Positions 16,082-24,272 of a DNA stretch of 25,655 nucleotides are shown piece by piece. The position numbers and the translations under genes are program-made. Position 1 is the first letter of the stretch; every line of letters begins with the position of its first letter. The notes beneath the pieces are model-generated. The model made no database searches. It worked only from the letters and a program-made list of their open reading frames with translations, and had not been told where the DNA came from. Source of the DNA: a bacterium (GTDB taxonomy: Bacteria > JAMCPX01); NCBI GenBank assembly GCA_037439545.1, contig JBBIVV010000034.1, forward strand, positions 1-25,655, in the 5' to 3' direction.

Positions 16082-18502
16082 CTATTCATTTCTCTTTTTC
16101 ACACACAGGTATGCAGCGGGTATGAGCAGGATCCAAAATATCAGATCTGCCGGTGAGCCGCTCCCGCGGGTGCTGCACGAACAGCCTGAGGAGGACGGGC
16201 AGGATTCAGGGGCATTGAGTGTTAACGGCGGATAAAAGTCTTCCGGGTCATACCGTGCCATAACCGTGAGGTATGAAAGCGTCTGTTCCCAGACATGCGG
16301 GATGGCAACCTCATTTTGAAAATATGGCTTGCCGTTCGTATCGAACATGGTCACATCGACCTCGCCCATGTGCTGGGTATCGGACGTCGGCACATTATGG
16401 AGCAGGTCGTAGATAAGAGGATCGAGCAATGCCTGTCCCTGAGGATCACCCTGATACAGCAGAGCGAGTGCGAGCGTTGCCTTGCCGTTATAGATGGTCC
16501 CGGATGTCTGGTACGTAAGGTCCGGTGTAATCGTATTTATAAGATACATGCCCTGTGAAGCTACGGTCGGTGAAGTGTACGGAAGGAATGCAGCAGGCCA
16601 GATCGTCCATGCCCCTGCGCCTACTTCCTTTGTATAAGAACCGCATTGGTCATAGACGATTTCGTAGGTCGTGCACGTGGTCCATACACCGGAAGATGTT
16701 CCTGTAAAAAATGCAGCAATGATTGCCTGTTTGAGTTCATCAGCCCTTGCCTGCCATGCAGGTATATCACCTGCATCGTTCATATATTTTGCAGCACGAA
16801 TGCCCGATTCAATACCGAGCCATGCCGTTATCGCTCCCTGGAGCCCCTGTGTCTGGGCTACATTATCATCCTCATTCGCATAGCACTGCAAGTTATTGGC
16901 AGGGTCCTTGCAGTCGACGAGAGCCTGAGTGCCGAGCTTTATGGCAGGCCACACGCGCTGCATGTAGTGAACCCGGTCACATGCAGAGTTCAGGAATCCG
17001 GTATGAATCCACATTGTCCATACCGCAAGCCCGGTCTCGTCTATCTCGAAAGGTATGGGGCCGCCGGGCATTCCGTCCGCATAAAAATTCATGTCATAAC
17101 TGCCCGCAGGACCGAAAGTCGTTGCTGTCTGTCTCTGTACCTGCGCATAAAACAGGTTATGCTTTGTAACCATATCGTGGTATCCGGCAACATCAAGCGC
17201 ATAATTAATGAAAGAACCGTCTCTTGGCCAGTCCTCTGCATAGGGAGGCTGAGTTGCTATGGATGCCACCATGGCACCGGTATGATTGTCTGTTGCAAGC
17301 CTTATGCTTATCAGTGTCCGCTTCGAGAAACTGAGAACAACGGGGTCGGCAGTGTCCGGAAGCTTTGCCGTGCTTAACCATTGCTTCCACCACGCATTGG
17401 TATCGTCGTATACTGCCTGCCACCCGGGCCTTTCTGCAGAGCTCAAATCCGCCTCTGCTTCATCGTAGTCTTTTGCAAAGGAGAAATACACGGTAAATTC
17501 CACCCTGCCCTGTGAAGAAAGGGAAAACTGCTTCATGACCGCCGCATCGGCCTGGCACTGGGCTGCAAGGCTCCCGGGCAATGTCCCCTGATAAGCGGAT
17601 ATATATGCGTCCTGGGGACTGGAAGATGCTGCCGCCCCCCTGCCCGAAGGACACAGCGTGGTTGCGTCATTGCCGGCTTGATAGCCGTCTGGCGTAAAGT
17701 CAAAACCTATGACCGCATATACTCCGTCGGGAAGGCTTGAGATGCCGGACAGAAAACTTTTTATATCGTTCCCGTCAGGTGTGCCTGAAAACAGGGTTGC
17801 GATATGGGAAAAACTTTGATCTCCGGGCATAAAATGGACAAGCTGTTCCCTTACCGGATCATAGAGGCATGCATAATCATTTTTGCTGTCGTCTATCCAA
17901 TCATCCAGGGGCACGTACTCTTTTTTGTCCAGGCAGGGGGCAAGGTTTTCATAATACACGAACCCTATCTTATCGACAGGTGTTGTGTTCAGGTTGTCGA
18001 TTACATAATGCCGGACAAGCACGTCCCGGTCAGTCATGACAAGGTCGTACTGCGTTACCTGTATACCCTGTGCAAGGGAGGTGTACTTTGTAACGAGGAC
18101 ATCGGAGTCGGGAGAAATATAGGACTGTTGTGTCGTAAAGGTCGGGTCTCTGAGCCAGACCATGCCTGAGACAGGCATACCGGCAGTAAAGTACAGGCCT
18201 GCAAAGCTGCCCATATTGTCCGCAGCCCCGAAATGGGGCAGGGTCCTCGGAGACGATGACGGTGTAATACCCTGCGTGGCCGTTTTATAATTTAACTGAT
18301 CGTAGTAGCTCGGGCCCGGCCATCTGAGGACAGTGATCGTACCGTGCTTCGATATGCCGGCACTCAAGCCGCCGTTCCCAACCTCTCCGTTTATGTTGGT
18401 CGCACCGAAAGGCGATTCAGGGTCCGGACTCTGGGCTTTACCCCGCTCAACCGTGGTAAAGACAATCGATGCTGCACACAACAAAACAAACAGCTTTCCC
18501 AT
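16082..18502 (-). CDS. Secreted GH15-like (glucoamylase/glucodextranase-like) glycoside hydrolase with MYXO-CTERM-like C-terminal anchor
   Basis: AGGAGG SD before ATG 18502 and an N-terminal signal peptide. GH15-like motifs VGNGGL, GAMVAS, YAEDWPRDGSF, EIDETG, HMGEV and PHVWEQ. C-terminus SSSGCSCS...LIFWILLIPAAYLCVKKRNE. Confidence 0.75.
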   Translation of the reverse strand: MGKLFVLLCAASIVFTTVERGKAQSPDPESPFGATNINGEVGNGGLSAGISKHGTITVLRWPGPSYYDQLNYKTATQGITPSSSPRTLPHFGAADNMGSFAGLYFTAGMPVSGMVWLRDPTFTTQQSYISPDSDVLVTKYTSLAQGIQVTQYDLVMTDRDVLVRHYVIDNLNTTPVDKIGFVYYENLAPCLDKKEYVPLDDWIDDSKNDYACLYDPVREQLVHFMPGDQSFSHIATLFSGTPDGNDIKSFLSGISSLPDGVYAVIGFDFTPDGYQAGNDATTLCPSGRGAAASSSPQDAYISAYQGTLPGSLAAQCQADAAVMKQFSLSSQGRVEFTVYFSFAKDYDEAEADLSSAERPGWQAVYDDTNAWWKQWLSTAKLPDTADPVVLSFSKRTLISIRLATDNHTGAMVASIATQPPYAEDWPRDGSFINYALDVAGYHDMVTKHNLFYAQVQRQTATTFGPAGSYDMNFYADGMPGGPIPFEIDETGLAVWTMWIHTGFLNSACDRVHYMQRVWPAIKLGTQALVDCKDPANNLQCYANEDDNVAQTQGLQGAITAWLGIESGIRAAKYMNDAGDIPAWQARADELKQAIIAAFFTGTSSGVWTTCTTYEIVYDQCGSYTKEVGAGAWTIWPAAFLPYTSPTVASQGMYLINTITPDLTYQTSGTIYNGKATLALALLYQGDPQGQALLDPLIYDLLHNVPTSDTQHMGEVDVTMFDTNGKPYFQNEVAIPHVWEQTLSYLTVMARYDPEDFYPPLTLNAPESCPSSSGCSCSTRGSGSPADLIFWILLIPAAYLCVKKRNE

Positions 18503-18518
18503 ACCCCCTCCTGTCATG

Positions 18519-18547
18519 AATATACAGTACGAGACCGGAAAATGCAA
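18519..18547 (-). promoter_or_regulatory. Putative sigma70 promoter of the GH15-like gene
   Basis: TTGCAT (18547-18542) - 17 bp - TATATT (18524-18519), followed by an AGGAGG SD. Confidence 0.6.
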
Positions 18548-18567
18548 CGATACCGTGCCAAACACTG

Positions 18568-18596
18568 TTGCAATTTTTTTTACAATAAAATATACT
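18568..18596 (+). promoter_or_regulatory. Putative sigma70 promoter of the PilZ-to-paaK operon
   Basis: TTGCAA (18568-18573) - 17 bp - TATACT (18591-18596); SD AAAGGAGGT at 18612-18620. Confidence 0.65.
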
Positions 18597-18624
18597 GTCC
18601 CTTATAAAGATAAAGGAGGTGTGT

Positions 18625-18978
18625 ATGTCCGAGAACAAACGGCACGCAAAACGCGTCGATTCCAAACTCGAAGTAAAGTACGGAGACATCACAAGTTTTA
18701 TATCCGATTATGCCATGAATATCAGCAGGGGTGGCATGTTTATATCGACAAAGAATCCCCTGAAGGTAAATACCATTATCTCGGTAGAATTTATTATACC
18801 CGACTTGAAGGTACCGATAAACGTTAAAGGCAGAATATCGTGGATCAACGACCCGCAGCAGATAAAAGGGACAAACCTCATACCGGGCATGGGTGTCGAG
18901 TTCCAGGCTTTTAGTGCCGATGATCAAAAAAAATTCCATAATTTTATAGATAAGCTCTCGCTGAGACTGGCGTCATAG
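18625..18978 (+). CDS. PilZ-like protein, TIGR02266 (myxobacterial paralogous) type
   Basis: RHAKR (RxxxR) and NISRGGMFI (NxSxxG) motifs, FISDYAMN, GRISW and PGMGVEF; strong SD favours ATG 18625. Confidence 0.88.
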   Translation: MSENKRHAKRVDSKLEVKYGDITSFISDYAMNISRGGMFISTKNPLKVNTIISVEFIIPDLKVPINVKGRISWINDPQQIKGTNLIPGMGVEFQAFSADDQKKFHNFIDKLSLRLAS

Positions 18979-18984
18979 CCGGGC

Positions 18985-19374
18985 ATGACCATGGATAACA
19001 TAAATATAAATAAAAGAAGAGCTCCCCGGGTCATGGTAAAGGTGGTCATCGTATCCAGTGACGATGAAACAGTAAAACTTTTGGTAGATTATCCCGATAG
19101 TGAGGCCTATCTGTACGATTACTCGACCAACCTCAGCGAGGGCGGTATATTCCTTAAAACCGACAAGACCATGCCCCTGGGCAGGTCCCTGCTGATCAAA
19201 TTCACCATACCGAACGATATCAACCTGCTCGAAGCAAAAGGTGTGGTGAAGTGGGTGACTACGCCGAAAGAAGGGCTCCGGAATAACATCGCTCCGGGGA
19301 TCGGCATAGAATTCGTTCAGACAAAAGAAGAAACAAAACAACGGATAAGGAACTTCATAAAAGACATTAAATGA
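18985..19374 (+). CDS. Second PilZ-like protein, TIGR02266 type
   Basis: RRAPR and NLSEGGIFL motifs, YLYDYSTN, GVVKW and PGIGIEF. Start 18985 or 18991. Confidence 0.88.
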   Translation: MTMDNININKRRAPRVMVKVVIVSSDDETVKLLVDYPDSEAYLYDYSTNLSEGGIFLKTDKTMPLGRSLLIKFTIPNDINLLEAKGVVKWVTTPKEGLRNNIAPGIGIEFVQTKEETKQRIRNFIKDIK

Positions 19375-20084
19375 AATTACTATCCCGGGAAGATATTGAA
19401 AACGGGGTGAGGCAGAAGACCCCTTTTGAAGGCGCAAACCTCAAGGGTATCGATTTAAAAAATCTGGACCTTTCAGGCGGTATATTCAAAAATGCGAATT
19501 TCAGGTATGCGGACCTTTCCAATACAAACCTGTCAAAAGCCAACCTGTCCGGTGCATCGCTCAGGCATGCAGTGCTCGTGAACACGAACATGCGGGATGC
19601 AGATCTGACCGGCGCTGATTTGACCCATGCCGATATGCGGGGCGCAATACTTGTCGGCGCGAAGCTCGGCAACGCAATGGTACAGGGCGCCAAGGGCGTA
19701 TCCGAGAAGGTCTTTTTCACACAGGAATTGCTCGACGAGCTGAATGCAAACGGCAAGCTCATGCTTGACGGCGAAACCCTGACCATTCTTACCAAGGCAA
19801 AACCGCGGTTCAGGCTCGAGCAGGCGGTAAGGGTCACCGCAATAGACAGCGGCACCGATACTGAAAAACTCGTCGGCAAGGTAAAAACGCTTGCGGAGTT
19901 GAAATCCATAAACGCAGAGACATTCCCGGACTCGGTCGTCCTGGGAGAAAACGTGTACAGGGTGGAAACGGGATTTATAGGCCTGCCGATCAAAGATGAG
20001 ACCACGGACAAGGAGAAAGAAGAGTCAAAGGCTAAGAAAGACGAAGAGCTGCTGGCCGATTTCTTTCTTAAAAATGTTAAATGA
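19371..20084 (+). CDS. Pentapeptide-repeat protein fused to an uncharacterised C-terminal domain
   Basis: A(N/D)Lxx repeats (ANLKG, ANFRY, ADLSN, ANLSG, ADLTG, ADLTH, ADMRG...) over roughly residues 20-108, then a ~125-aa non-repetitive domain ending DEELLADFFLKNVK. ATGA overlaps at both ends. Confidence 0.88.
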   Translation: MKLLSREDIENGVRQKTPFEGANLKGIDLKNLDLSGGIFKNANFRYADLSNTNLSKANLSGASLRHAVLVNTNMRDADLTGADLTHADMRGAILVGAKLGNAMVQGAKGVSEKVFFTQELLDELNANGKLMLDGETLTILTKAKPRFRLEQAVRVTAIDSGTDTEKLVGKVKTLAELKSINAETFPDSVVLGENVYRVETGFIGLPIKDETTDKEKEESKAKKDEELLADFFLKNVK

Positions 20085-20821
20085 GGATCGCAGTCATAGC
20101 AGATGTGCACTCGAATCTTGAAGCATTGGAAGTGGTCATCGCGGACCTTGAAAGGATGTCGCCCGATACCGTGATCTCTCTCGGCGATGTCGTAGGTTAC
20201 GGGGCCGACCCGGAACAATGCTGCGAACTCGTTTCAAAGGCTGCCACCGTAAACATTACAGGCAACCATGATGCTGCGGTAACGGGGCTTATGGATACCG
20301 AGTATTTCAATGACGACGCCAAGGCTGCAATCGAGTGGACAAAGACGAGGCTCCCTGCATCGGCACTTTCATGGCTTGGCACTACAAAGTATAGTTATGA
20401 GGACCATGACCTGATGTTTTCGCACGGCTCACCCGTTTCACCGGACTCATTCGACTATGTCGTAACCCTCGGTGCGATAAAGGAGATATTCAATACCCTC
20501 GGGCACAGATACAGGATATTCTTCGTAGGCCATTCACACAGGCGTTTCGTCGTATCGAAAGACCCGGACAGCGGTCAGACTGCCGTTGAAGACATACCGG
20601 ACGCACTGGAGATAAAAAAGAACAGACAGTATCTTGTCAGCGTGGGCAGTATAGGACAGCCGAGGGACAATGACAGGACCACATCTTACGGAATACTTGA
20701 CACGGACAAATGGATTTATAGTGTTAAAAGATTAAGTTATGATATAATGAAAGCAAGTGATAAAATCATGAAGGCGGGATTGCCGAAATGGCTCGCTTAT
20801 AGACTAATGATAGGAGTTTAA
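20081..20821 (+). CDS. Calcineurin-like metallophosphoesterase
   Basis: Complete metal-binding set DVHSN, GDVVGYG, GNHD, HGSP, GHSH, plus GSIGQPRD. Confidence 0.92.
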   Translation: MRIAVIADVHSNLEALEVVIADLERMSPDTVISLGDVVGYGADPEQCCELVSKAATVNITGNHDAAVTGLMDTEYFNDDAKAAIEWTKTRLPASALSWLGTTKYSYEDHDLMFSHGSPVSPDSFDYVVTLGAIKEIFNTLGHRYRIFFVGHSHRRFVVSKDPDSGQTAVEDIPDALEIKKNRQYLVSVGSIGQPRDNDRTTSYGILDTDKWIYSVKRLSYDIMKASDKIMKAGLPKWLAYRLMIGV

Positions 20822-20824
20822 ATT

Positions 20825-21838
20825 ATGATAATTGTAATGAAACCGGACGCAACAAAAAAGGACATAGAAAATATCATCAAGACAATACGGGATATGAAGC
20901 TCAGGCCGCATATCTCGAAGGGTAAGGAAAGAACGATTATCGGTGCGATAGGCGATGAAAGGAACCTTGCCAATCTGCCGTTAACCACGTTCCCGGGCGT
21001 TGAGAAAGTCGTGCCTATCCTGAGCCCGTATAAAGTTGTCAGCAGGGAATTCAAGAAAGAGAACAGCATTATAAAGGTCAATGGGGTCGCCATAGGCGGC
21101 AGAAAGATCGTTATCATGGCAGGGCCCTGTTCCATAGAAGGCAGGGACATGATGCTCGATATCGGCAGGTATGTCAAAACAGCGGGTGCATCCATACTGA
21201 GGGGCGGTGCCTATAAACCCAGGACATCGCCTTATTCATTTCAGGGCATGGGCAAGCGGGGACTGGAAATCCTCAGAGAGGCAAAGGGCATACTCAAAAT
21301 GCCTGTTATAACGGAGATCATGGACACGAGGGACATTGAGCTGATGATGGACTATACCGACATCTTTCAGGTAGGTGCAAGGAACATGCAGAACTTCTCC
21401 CTGCTCAAAGAGCTCGGCGACATAAACAAGCCCATTCTTCTGAAAAGAGGGCTTTCAGCGACGATCAAGGAACTGCTCATGTCGGCTGAATACATCGCAT
21501 CAAAAGGCAATGACAGGATCATACTGTGTGAAAGAGGCATAAGGACATTCGAGACAGAGACACGGAACACCCTTGATCTCAATGCAATACCTGTTCTTAA
21601 AAAACTGACACACTTGCCTGTTATAGTCGACCCGAGCCACGCCACGGGCAGAAGGGACATCGTAGCGACCATGGCAATGGCATCAATCGCGGCAGGCGCG
21701 GACGGAATAATAGTCGAGGTGCACCAGCATCCTGAAAAGGCACTGAGCGACGGGGAACAATCTCTGAGGCCCGATGAATTCAAGCACATGGTCAAAGGCA
21801 TTGATAAGATCGCACGGGCAATCGGAAGGACCGTATAA
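20825..21838 (+). CDS. aroF: DAHP synthase, type I-beta with N-terminal regulatory domain
   Basis: MIIVMK N-terminal domain; AGPCSIE, RGGAYKPRTSPYSFQG, GARNMQNF, LCERGIRTFE and DPSHATG. Confidence 0.95.
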   Translation: MIIVMKPDATKKDIENIIKTIRDMKLRPHISKGKERTIIGAIGDERNLANLPLTTFPGVEKVVPILSPYKVVSREFKKENSIIKVNGVAIGGRKIVIMAGPCSIEGRDMMLDIGRYVKTAGASILRGGAYKPRTSPYSFQGMGKRGLEILREAKGILKMPVITEIMDTRDIELMMDYTDIFQVGARNMQNFSLLKELGDINKPILLKRGLSATIKELLMSAEYIASKGNDRIILCERGIRTFETETRNTLDLNAIPVLKKLTHLPVIVDPSHATGRRDIVATMAMASIAAGADGIIVEVHQHPEKALSDGEQSLRPDEFKHMVKGIDKIARAIGRTV

Positions 21839-21840
21839 AC

Positions 21841-21895
21841 CTGGAAACAGTTTAACCGGTTTAAACGATTTGAACGGGGTTCAACGGGGCTGAGC
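21841..21895 (+). repeat. Degenerate 9-bp tandem repeat filling the aroF-iorA gap
   Basis: CTGGAAACA GTTTAACCG GTTTAAACG ATTTGAACG G GGTTCAACG GGGCTGAGC, then ATG; includes the perfect hairpin TTGAAC-GGG-GTTCAA (21870-21884). Confidence 0.6.
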
Positions 21896-23695
21896 ATGAA
21901 GCGCATGTTATTCTCAGGAAATGAAGCCATTGCACGGGGAAGCTATGAAGCAGGCTGCAGGTTTGCAACAGGTTATCCCGGAACACCGTCGACTGAAATA
22001 CTCGAAAACATAGCCCAATACAAAAGCATCTACGCAAACTGGGCTGTGAACGAAAAGGTAGCCCTTGAAACGGCATCCGGTGCATGCCTTGCAGGCGCAC
22101 GTTCTATCGTGACCATGAAACACGTGGGGCTGAACGTAGCATCAGACCCGTTTATGACGCTGGCGTACACAGGCACAGGTGCAGGACTTGTTGTCGTATC
22201 CGCGGACGACCCGGGCATTCACAGCTCCCAGAACGAGCAGGACAACCGGTGGTACGCCCTCATGGCGAAGATACCCATGCTCGAGCCCTCTGACAGCGAA
22301 GAGGCACGCTTATTTACCAAAAAAGCATTCGAGATAAGCGAGGCATTCGACCTGCCGGTCCTGCTTCGCGTTACGACAAGGATCTCGCATTCTAAGACCG
22401 TGGTTTTTCCCGAAGAGCCGGCAGTCGTAAAAAAGGCCGCATACCCAGAAAAACAAATAAATAAGTACGTCATGGTTCCGGCAAATGCACGCAGGGCACG
22501 GTTAGCACTGGAAGACAAGCTGCAAAGGCTTGCGGAGTTTTCAGAGCTGTTTTCCCTGAATAAAATAGAACAAGGCAGCACGGATTACGGGATTATAACA
22601 TCGGGCGTTTCATATCAGTATGTGAAAGAGGCGATGCCCGATGCACACATTCTGAAGCTGGCGCTGACGAACCCTTTGCCGCTCAACCTGATAAAGGCAT
22701 TCGTAGAGAGGTTTAAAAAAATACTGATCGTCGAGGAGCTTGATCCGTATCTGGAGATGCAGATACGCCACATCTCGGCCGGCATTCACGGCAAGGATTT
22801 CATACCGTCAATAGCAGAGCTTACGCCTGAGAAGGTCCGGGAAGGGATAAAGGCGTTTGCCGGTGACGTGCGATCCCCGGTAGTTTTGCATGATGAGTCT
22901 GCGGTCGATGTCATAAGGCGTCCTCCTATACTGTGTCCCGGCTGTCCTCACCGCGGTCTTTTTTATCAGTTGAGCAAGCAGCGCTCATTCATAGCAGGGG
23001 ACATAGGCTGCTATACGCTTGCGTATGACGAGCCTCTGAAAGCTGTCCATACCTGTCTTGATATGGGGGCAGGCATAGGACAGGCAATGGGTATTGAAAC
23101 GGTCATGCCCAGGGGCGGCAAAAAACCGGTTGCCGTGATCGGTGATTCCACGTTTCTTCATTCCGGTATGACTGCACTTCTGAACGTGGTTTACCATAAG
23201 AGTAATATCCTTGTCGTGATCCTCGATAACCGCACGACCGCAATGACAGGTGCACAGGCAAACCCCCTGTCGGGCACAGACCTGTACGGCAATCCAAGCC
23301 CGGACATATCGCTCGAGCAGATCGTAAAGGCACTGGGCATTCACTGGGTCAAAACAATAGATCCGTATAAAACCAAACTGGTCGAGAAAACCATAAAAGA
23401 AGCAGTGGCATTCGAAGGCCCTGCGGTCCTCATAACAAAAGCCCCGTGCGTCCTGCTTCCAGAATTCAGGGAAAAGAGGCAGAAACCGTACGTCGTAAAG
23501 ACAGACCTCTGCACCGGCTGCACCATATGCCTCAATATAGACTGTCCTTCCGTATGGTGGGAACCAAGGGATGTTAAGGCTGAAGGCAGGACGCGCGCAA
23601 AGGGCATAGCCTATATTGACCCGGTGAGCTGCACAGGCTGCGGTCTGTGCGCTGATGTGTGCGCATTCGACGCTATAGTGAGGGCAGAAGAATAA
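21896..23695 (+). CDS. iorA: Indolepyruvate:ferredoxin oxidoreductase alpha subunit
   Basis: GNEAIARG, YPGTPSTE, MKHVGLNVA, SSQNEQD, LCPGCPHR, GDIGCY, TPP motif GDSTFLHSG...DN, and a C-terminal 2x[4Fe-4S] ferredoxin-like domain. Confidence 0.95.
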   Translation: MKRMLFSGNEAIARGSYEAGCRFATGYPGTPSTEILENIAQYKSIYANWAVNEKVALETASGACLAGARSIVTMKHVGLNVASDPFMTLAYTGTGAGLVVVSADDPGIHSSQNEQDNRWYALMAKIPMLEPSDSEEARLFTKKAFEISEAFDLPVLLRVTTRISHSKTVVFPEEPAVVKKAAYPEKQINKYVMVPANARRARLALEDKLQRLAEFSELFSLNKIEQGSTDYGIITSGVSYQYVKEAMPDAHILKLALTNPLPLNLIKAFVERFKKILIVEELDPYLEMQIRHISAGIHGKDFIPSIAELTPEKVREGIKAFAGDVRSPVVLHDESAVDVIRRPPILCPGCPHRGLFYQLSKQRSFIAGDIGCYTLAYDEPLKAVHTCLDMGAGIGQAMGIETVMPRGGKKPVAVIGDSTFLHSGMTALLNVVYHKSNILVVILDNRTTAMTGAQANPLSGTDLYGNPSPDISLEQIVKALGIHWVKTIDPYKTKLVEKTIKEAVAFEGPAVLITKAPCVLLPEFREKRQKPYVVKTDLCTGCTICLNIDCPSVWWEPRDVKAEGRTRAKGIAYIDPVSCTGCGLCADVCAFDAIVRAEE

Positions 23696-23696
23696 T

Positions 23697-24272
23697 ATGC
23701 TGATCAGCACCGTGGTAACGGGAGTCGGGGGACAGGGCGTTGTATCGGCAACGGATATAATTGCGTCAGTAGCGTTGAATGCAGGCCTGGATGTAAAGAA
23801 GAGCGATGTCCACGGCATGGCACAGAGAGGCGGTGCTGTCACAAGCTTCGTGAGGTATGGCGGCAGGATCTATTCCCCGATAATCGAGCAGGATACTGCC
23901 GATTTCCTTATTGCTCTCGAGGAGCTTGAGGCATTAAGGGGCATCGGGTTTGTGAAAGACAAAGGCGTCGTCATATTGTCCGACTTCCATACCCCTCCTC
24001 CCGATGTTGCGCTTGGATTCAAGGAATATCCGAAGCACATCCAGGATCAGCTCATGAAGATAAAACCCGGTATCAGGTGCTACAAAGCCGATGTGAATAC
24101 TATGCTCAAACAGCATCCGGGATACTCTATAAATATGTTCCTTCTCGGACTCTATGCGCGTTTTCAATCCTATGAAGAAGTGCTATGGTGTGCGGCAATA
24201 AAGGAAAGATTTAAAAAATCTGAAAAAGCTATGGAGAGCTTCCTGTACGGTTATGAAAAGGAGACTTTATGA
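23697..24272 (+). CDS. iorB: Indolepyruvate:ferredoxin oxidoreductase beta subunit
   Basis: GVGGQG and [14 protein letters not shown] motifs; 1 bp after iorA. Confidence 0.93.
   Translation: MLISTVVTGVGGQGVVSATDIIASVALNAGLDVKKSDVHGMAQRGGAVTSFVRYGGRIYSPIIEQDTADFLIALEELEALRGIGFVKDKGVVILSDFHTPPPDVALGFKEYPKHIQDQLMKIKPGIRCYKADVNTMLKQHPGYSINMFLLGLYARFQSYEEVLWCAAIKERFKKSEKAMESFLYGYEKETL

Noticed and set aside
19371..20084. Qnr/MfpA-type quinolone resistance protein
   Set aside because: The repeats cover under half the protein and are fused to an unrelated domain; Qnr and MfpA are almost entirely repeat.
19367..20218. 283-aa minus-strand ORF, and similar long antisense ORFs at 22985-23842, 24812-25573 and 16646-17377
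   Set aside because: They lie opposite well-supported genes and have no motifs of their own; consistent with codon-bias shadows.
21841..21895. CRISPR array
   Set aside because: Units are 9 bp, degenerate and lack unique spacers; no cas genes are present.
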